From Desulfurococcaceae archaeon (GTDB taxonomy: Archaea; Thermoproteota; Thermoprotei_A; Sulfolobales; Desulfurococcaceae): a DNA stretch of 29,555 nt. Location of the stretch: positions 1 to 29,555 of the forward strand of contig JAWBBW010000018.1 of NCBI GenBank assembly GCA_038824035.1, written 5' to 3'. Positions within the stretch are counted from its first letter, which is position 1, and every line of letters starts with the position of its first letter. This document shows, piece after piece, positions 27,546-29,555 of the stretch. The position numbers were made by a program, and so were the translations under genes. Below the pieces are notes generated by a model. The model did not search any database and was not told the origin of the DNA. It worked only from the letters and a program-made list of their open reading frames with translations.

Positions 27546-29061
27546 GCTTTTCTCCTAGTAGAGATTTAATTGTGTTGATCACGTCATTACACGGTCCTTT
27601 ACTTAGCCAAGCAGTGTTGATTACTACTATTCTTTTCACATACTTTGAGAGTTTTCTGATAATTTCAAATAATATTTTACAATCTTCGATCGAGCGCCTG
27701 GTGATATATGCTACGTGTTGATAAAATGGATAAGTAGATATTAATTGAGGTGGTATAAGGCCAAGAAATGGATGAATGAATAATGTTTTCACATTATTAA
27801 ACATGGATAAAGACCTCTTAACCCTGATGTATTCTTCTTGATAAACGTACGGTTTTTTATATGCCGGTATTAATATGATTTCCTTGCCCTTTATCTCGCG
27901 TGCGATGATATTCATTGCCCTGTGTACATTGATGGCGATTCTCGGATTATTAGATGACTCCATGTCTATGAGCATAGTAGCTTTTCCACTTGGATTAGAA
28001 CATGAGCTATATTTTTCGAGAAAACCTCTATATTTAATTATAATTTCAAATGCCTTTCTAAGACTCGGGTGTGCCCTGCTCCGGTATTCCATGAGTTCCC
28101 ATAGTCTGTTTTCCCTAATAGCCTGTTTCACGTTGTTGATTTCCCTTTGTAATATATATAAATTATGCTTAGACAACATGTTTATTCTCTCTCTATCAGG
28201 TACTTCGCTCAATTCTCTGATGTCATACCTAGAACATACCGGGCAATTACAGGGTAAGTATGATAATTCGCTTATATGTTTTGTACCAGTTTCTGTCATA
28301 TACCTGTTCTCTCTTGCATATAGTATATAACTAGCAGAGTCGAATAAATCTGCCCCGATCGCCACTAGGAATGGAATTATCATTGGATGGCCTACACCGA
28401 ACACATGTAAAGGTTTACCCGGTAATAGATGTATCTTCGCGATTATGGCTAATTCAAGAAGTTTGGAATATTTATATTTTTCCAACATAACTGTAGGTGA
28501 ACCCAACGCATATATATGATATGGCAATCTCCGTGCAAGTATTGCCGATCTAATGACTAGCTCTCTATAGGGGGCTCCTTGTATTGGTAAAACCCAAAGC
28601 TGATCAGAATCCATGATCAGAGGTAGAGCTTCGAGGGCTCTCCTGTAAGTTTCATATGTATTTTTCAACGCGTTATCGAAACTATCTTTGGTGCCCGTGG
28701 GCACGTCTAGTATGACGCCTATATCTATGTCTATTTCTTTTTCATATTGAACAATAGTCTTATTATCCACATTCACATCTCCATATACAAGTATTTGATA
28801 ACCACCCGAATCAGTCATGATCACGTTATTCCAGTGCAATTCACTATGTATTCTTTTTGCCATCCCTTTATTCCGCATGTAAAATAAGTACGCATTGGTG
28901 ATTATCCCTTTAAAACCCATTTTCGCTATTTCGTCAAGGGATGGAACCTGTCTAGCTGGATCCACTACTGGAAAAATATATGGTGTTTCCAGTGAACCAT
29001 GCCTAGTATGCAATTTACCTATTCTACCAGCTAATTCATATTTTTTTACTTCGAAAAACAA
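27499..29061 (-). CDS. tgtA: archaeosine tRNA-guanine(15) transglycosylase, lacking a PUA domain
   Basis: GRIGKL, ETP..FPV, ITNAY, MTDSGGYQ, LDVPT, PIQG, HVFGVGHP, GADLFDSASY and CNCPVC...HNL Zn site. Confidence 0.95.
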   Translation of the reverse strand: MFFEVKKYELAGRIGKLHTRHGSLETPYIFPVVDPARQVPSLDEIAKMGFKGIITNAYLFYMRNKGMAKRIHSELHWNNVIMTDSGGYQILVYGDVNVDNKTIVQYEKEIDIDIGVILDVPTGTKDSFDNALKNTYETYRRALEALPLIMDSDQLWVLPIQGAPYRELVIRSAILARRLPYHIYALGSPTVMLEKYKYSKLLELAIIAKIHLLPGKPLHVFGVGHPMIIPFLVAIGADLFDSASYILYARENRYMTETGTKHISELSYLPCNCPVCSRYDIRELSEVPDRERINMLSKHNLYILQREINNVKQAIRENRLWELMEYRSRAHPSLRKAFEIIIKYRGFLEKYSSCSNPSGKATMLIDMESSNNPRIAINVHRAMNIIAREIKGKEIILIPAYKKPYVYQEEYIRVKRSLSMFNNVKTLFIHPFLGLIPPQLISTYPFYQHVAYITRRSIEDCKILFEIIRKLSKYVKRIVVINTAWLSKGPCNDVINTIKSLLGEKLIVCNSTEISSHILQ

Positions 29062-29066
29062 TCCAT

Positions 29067-29516
29067 TTATCCCTGGACAACTTTTTTCCTCATCTCCATG
29101 TATTTCTTGAACAAACTATGTAGAGTCTCAGCCATGGGCCCTGAGCCCATTACTCCCTCTTCACTAACTCTATAACGCCCTAAGATCTCTACTGCTCTGG
29201 CATCGTATACAACTCTTATCATATGTTCTTGCAGTTTCATCTCCTTGAGTATAAATTCTTTAAAATCCTCTGGATCGAAAAGCGGTTCCTCTATTATTAA
29301 AATCTCCGAGATCTTGTCTCCTTTTATAACCACTTTGGGAAACTTAGAACCCCTATTGTCAACCGCCTGTCTCAGTAGTATATTCAATGATGGGTGGTCA
29401 AAGCCAGCTAATATTCCCTCATAATACCTTCCATCATTTAACACGATCTTGATCCTCCTATCCAACATCGACGCGAGCTCACTGATCAGTTTTCTGGAGG
29501 CATCTATAACAGACAC
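29067..29516 (-). CDS. Sm-like archaeal protein SmAP3 (Lsm fold plus C-terminal domain)
   Basis: Sm1 LDRRIKIVLNDGRYYEGILAGFD..LNILL, Sm2 KVVIKGDKI and a ~70 aa C-terminal extension. GTG start with GGTGA RBS. Confidence 0.85.
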   Translation of the reverse strand: MSVIDASRKLISELASMLDRRIKIVLNDGRYYEGILAGFDHPSLNILLRQAVDNRGSKFPKVVIKGDKISEILIIEEPLFDPEDFKEFILKEMKLQEHMIRVVYDARAVEILGRYRVSEEGVMGSGPMAETLHSLFKKYMEMRKKVVQG

Positions 29517-29555
29517 TTTTAATCACCGGTTTTATTTAAGTTTAATACTTCTGAA

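Noticed and set aside
1-29555. CRISPR array, IS element, integrase or defence system
   Set aside because: No regularly spaced repeats, transposase, recombinase or nuclease motifs were seen by eye.

Overview
Archaeal chromosome segment, most likely a hyperthermophilic crenarchaeon of the Desulfurococcales (inferred from egsA, two proteasome beta paralogues, a TFB3-like gene, SmAP3, split ArcTGT, GGTG/GAGG ribosome-binding sites and several TTG starts). Two housekeeping blocks flank an accessory region. Left block (1-8331): probable PPIase tail, egsA, psmB, aCPSF1/FttA, NMN adenylyltransferase, rtcA, a NOG1 GTPase, a TFB3-like gene, a second psmB and tRNA-Arg(GCG). Right block (22853-29555): trm56, hflX, MBF1, pan, a PUA protein, PAC2, tgtA and SmAP3. 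Between them, directly downstream of the tRNA, is a ~14.5 kb island that looks AT-richer by eye. It encodes an apparently complete polyol catabolic system: a GatZ/KbaZ-family putative tagatose-6-phosphate 4-epimerase, an SDR polyol dehydrogenase, a tagatose-kinase-like PfkB, a Zn-dependent altritol/hexitol dehydrogenase-like enzyme and a fructokinase-like PfkB. It also carries a GlpSTPQV-type ABC importer with asymmetric ATPases followed by a glycerol dehydrogenase-like gene. The best candidate for an undescribed system is this archaeal counterpart of the bacterial galactitol/D-altritol -> tagatose -> tagatose-6-P -> fructose-6-P pathway. All calls come from motif recognition and recall; no database search was run.
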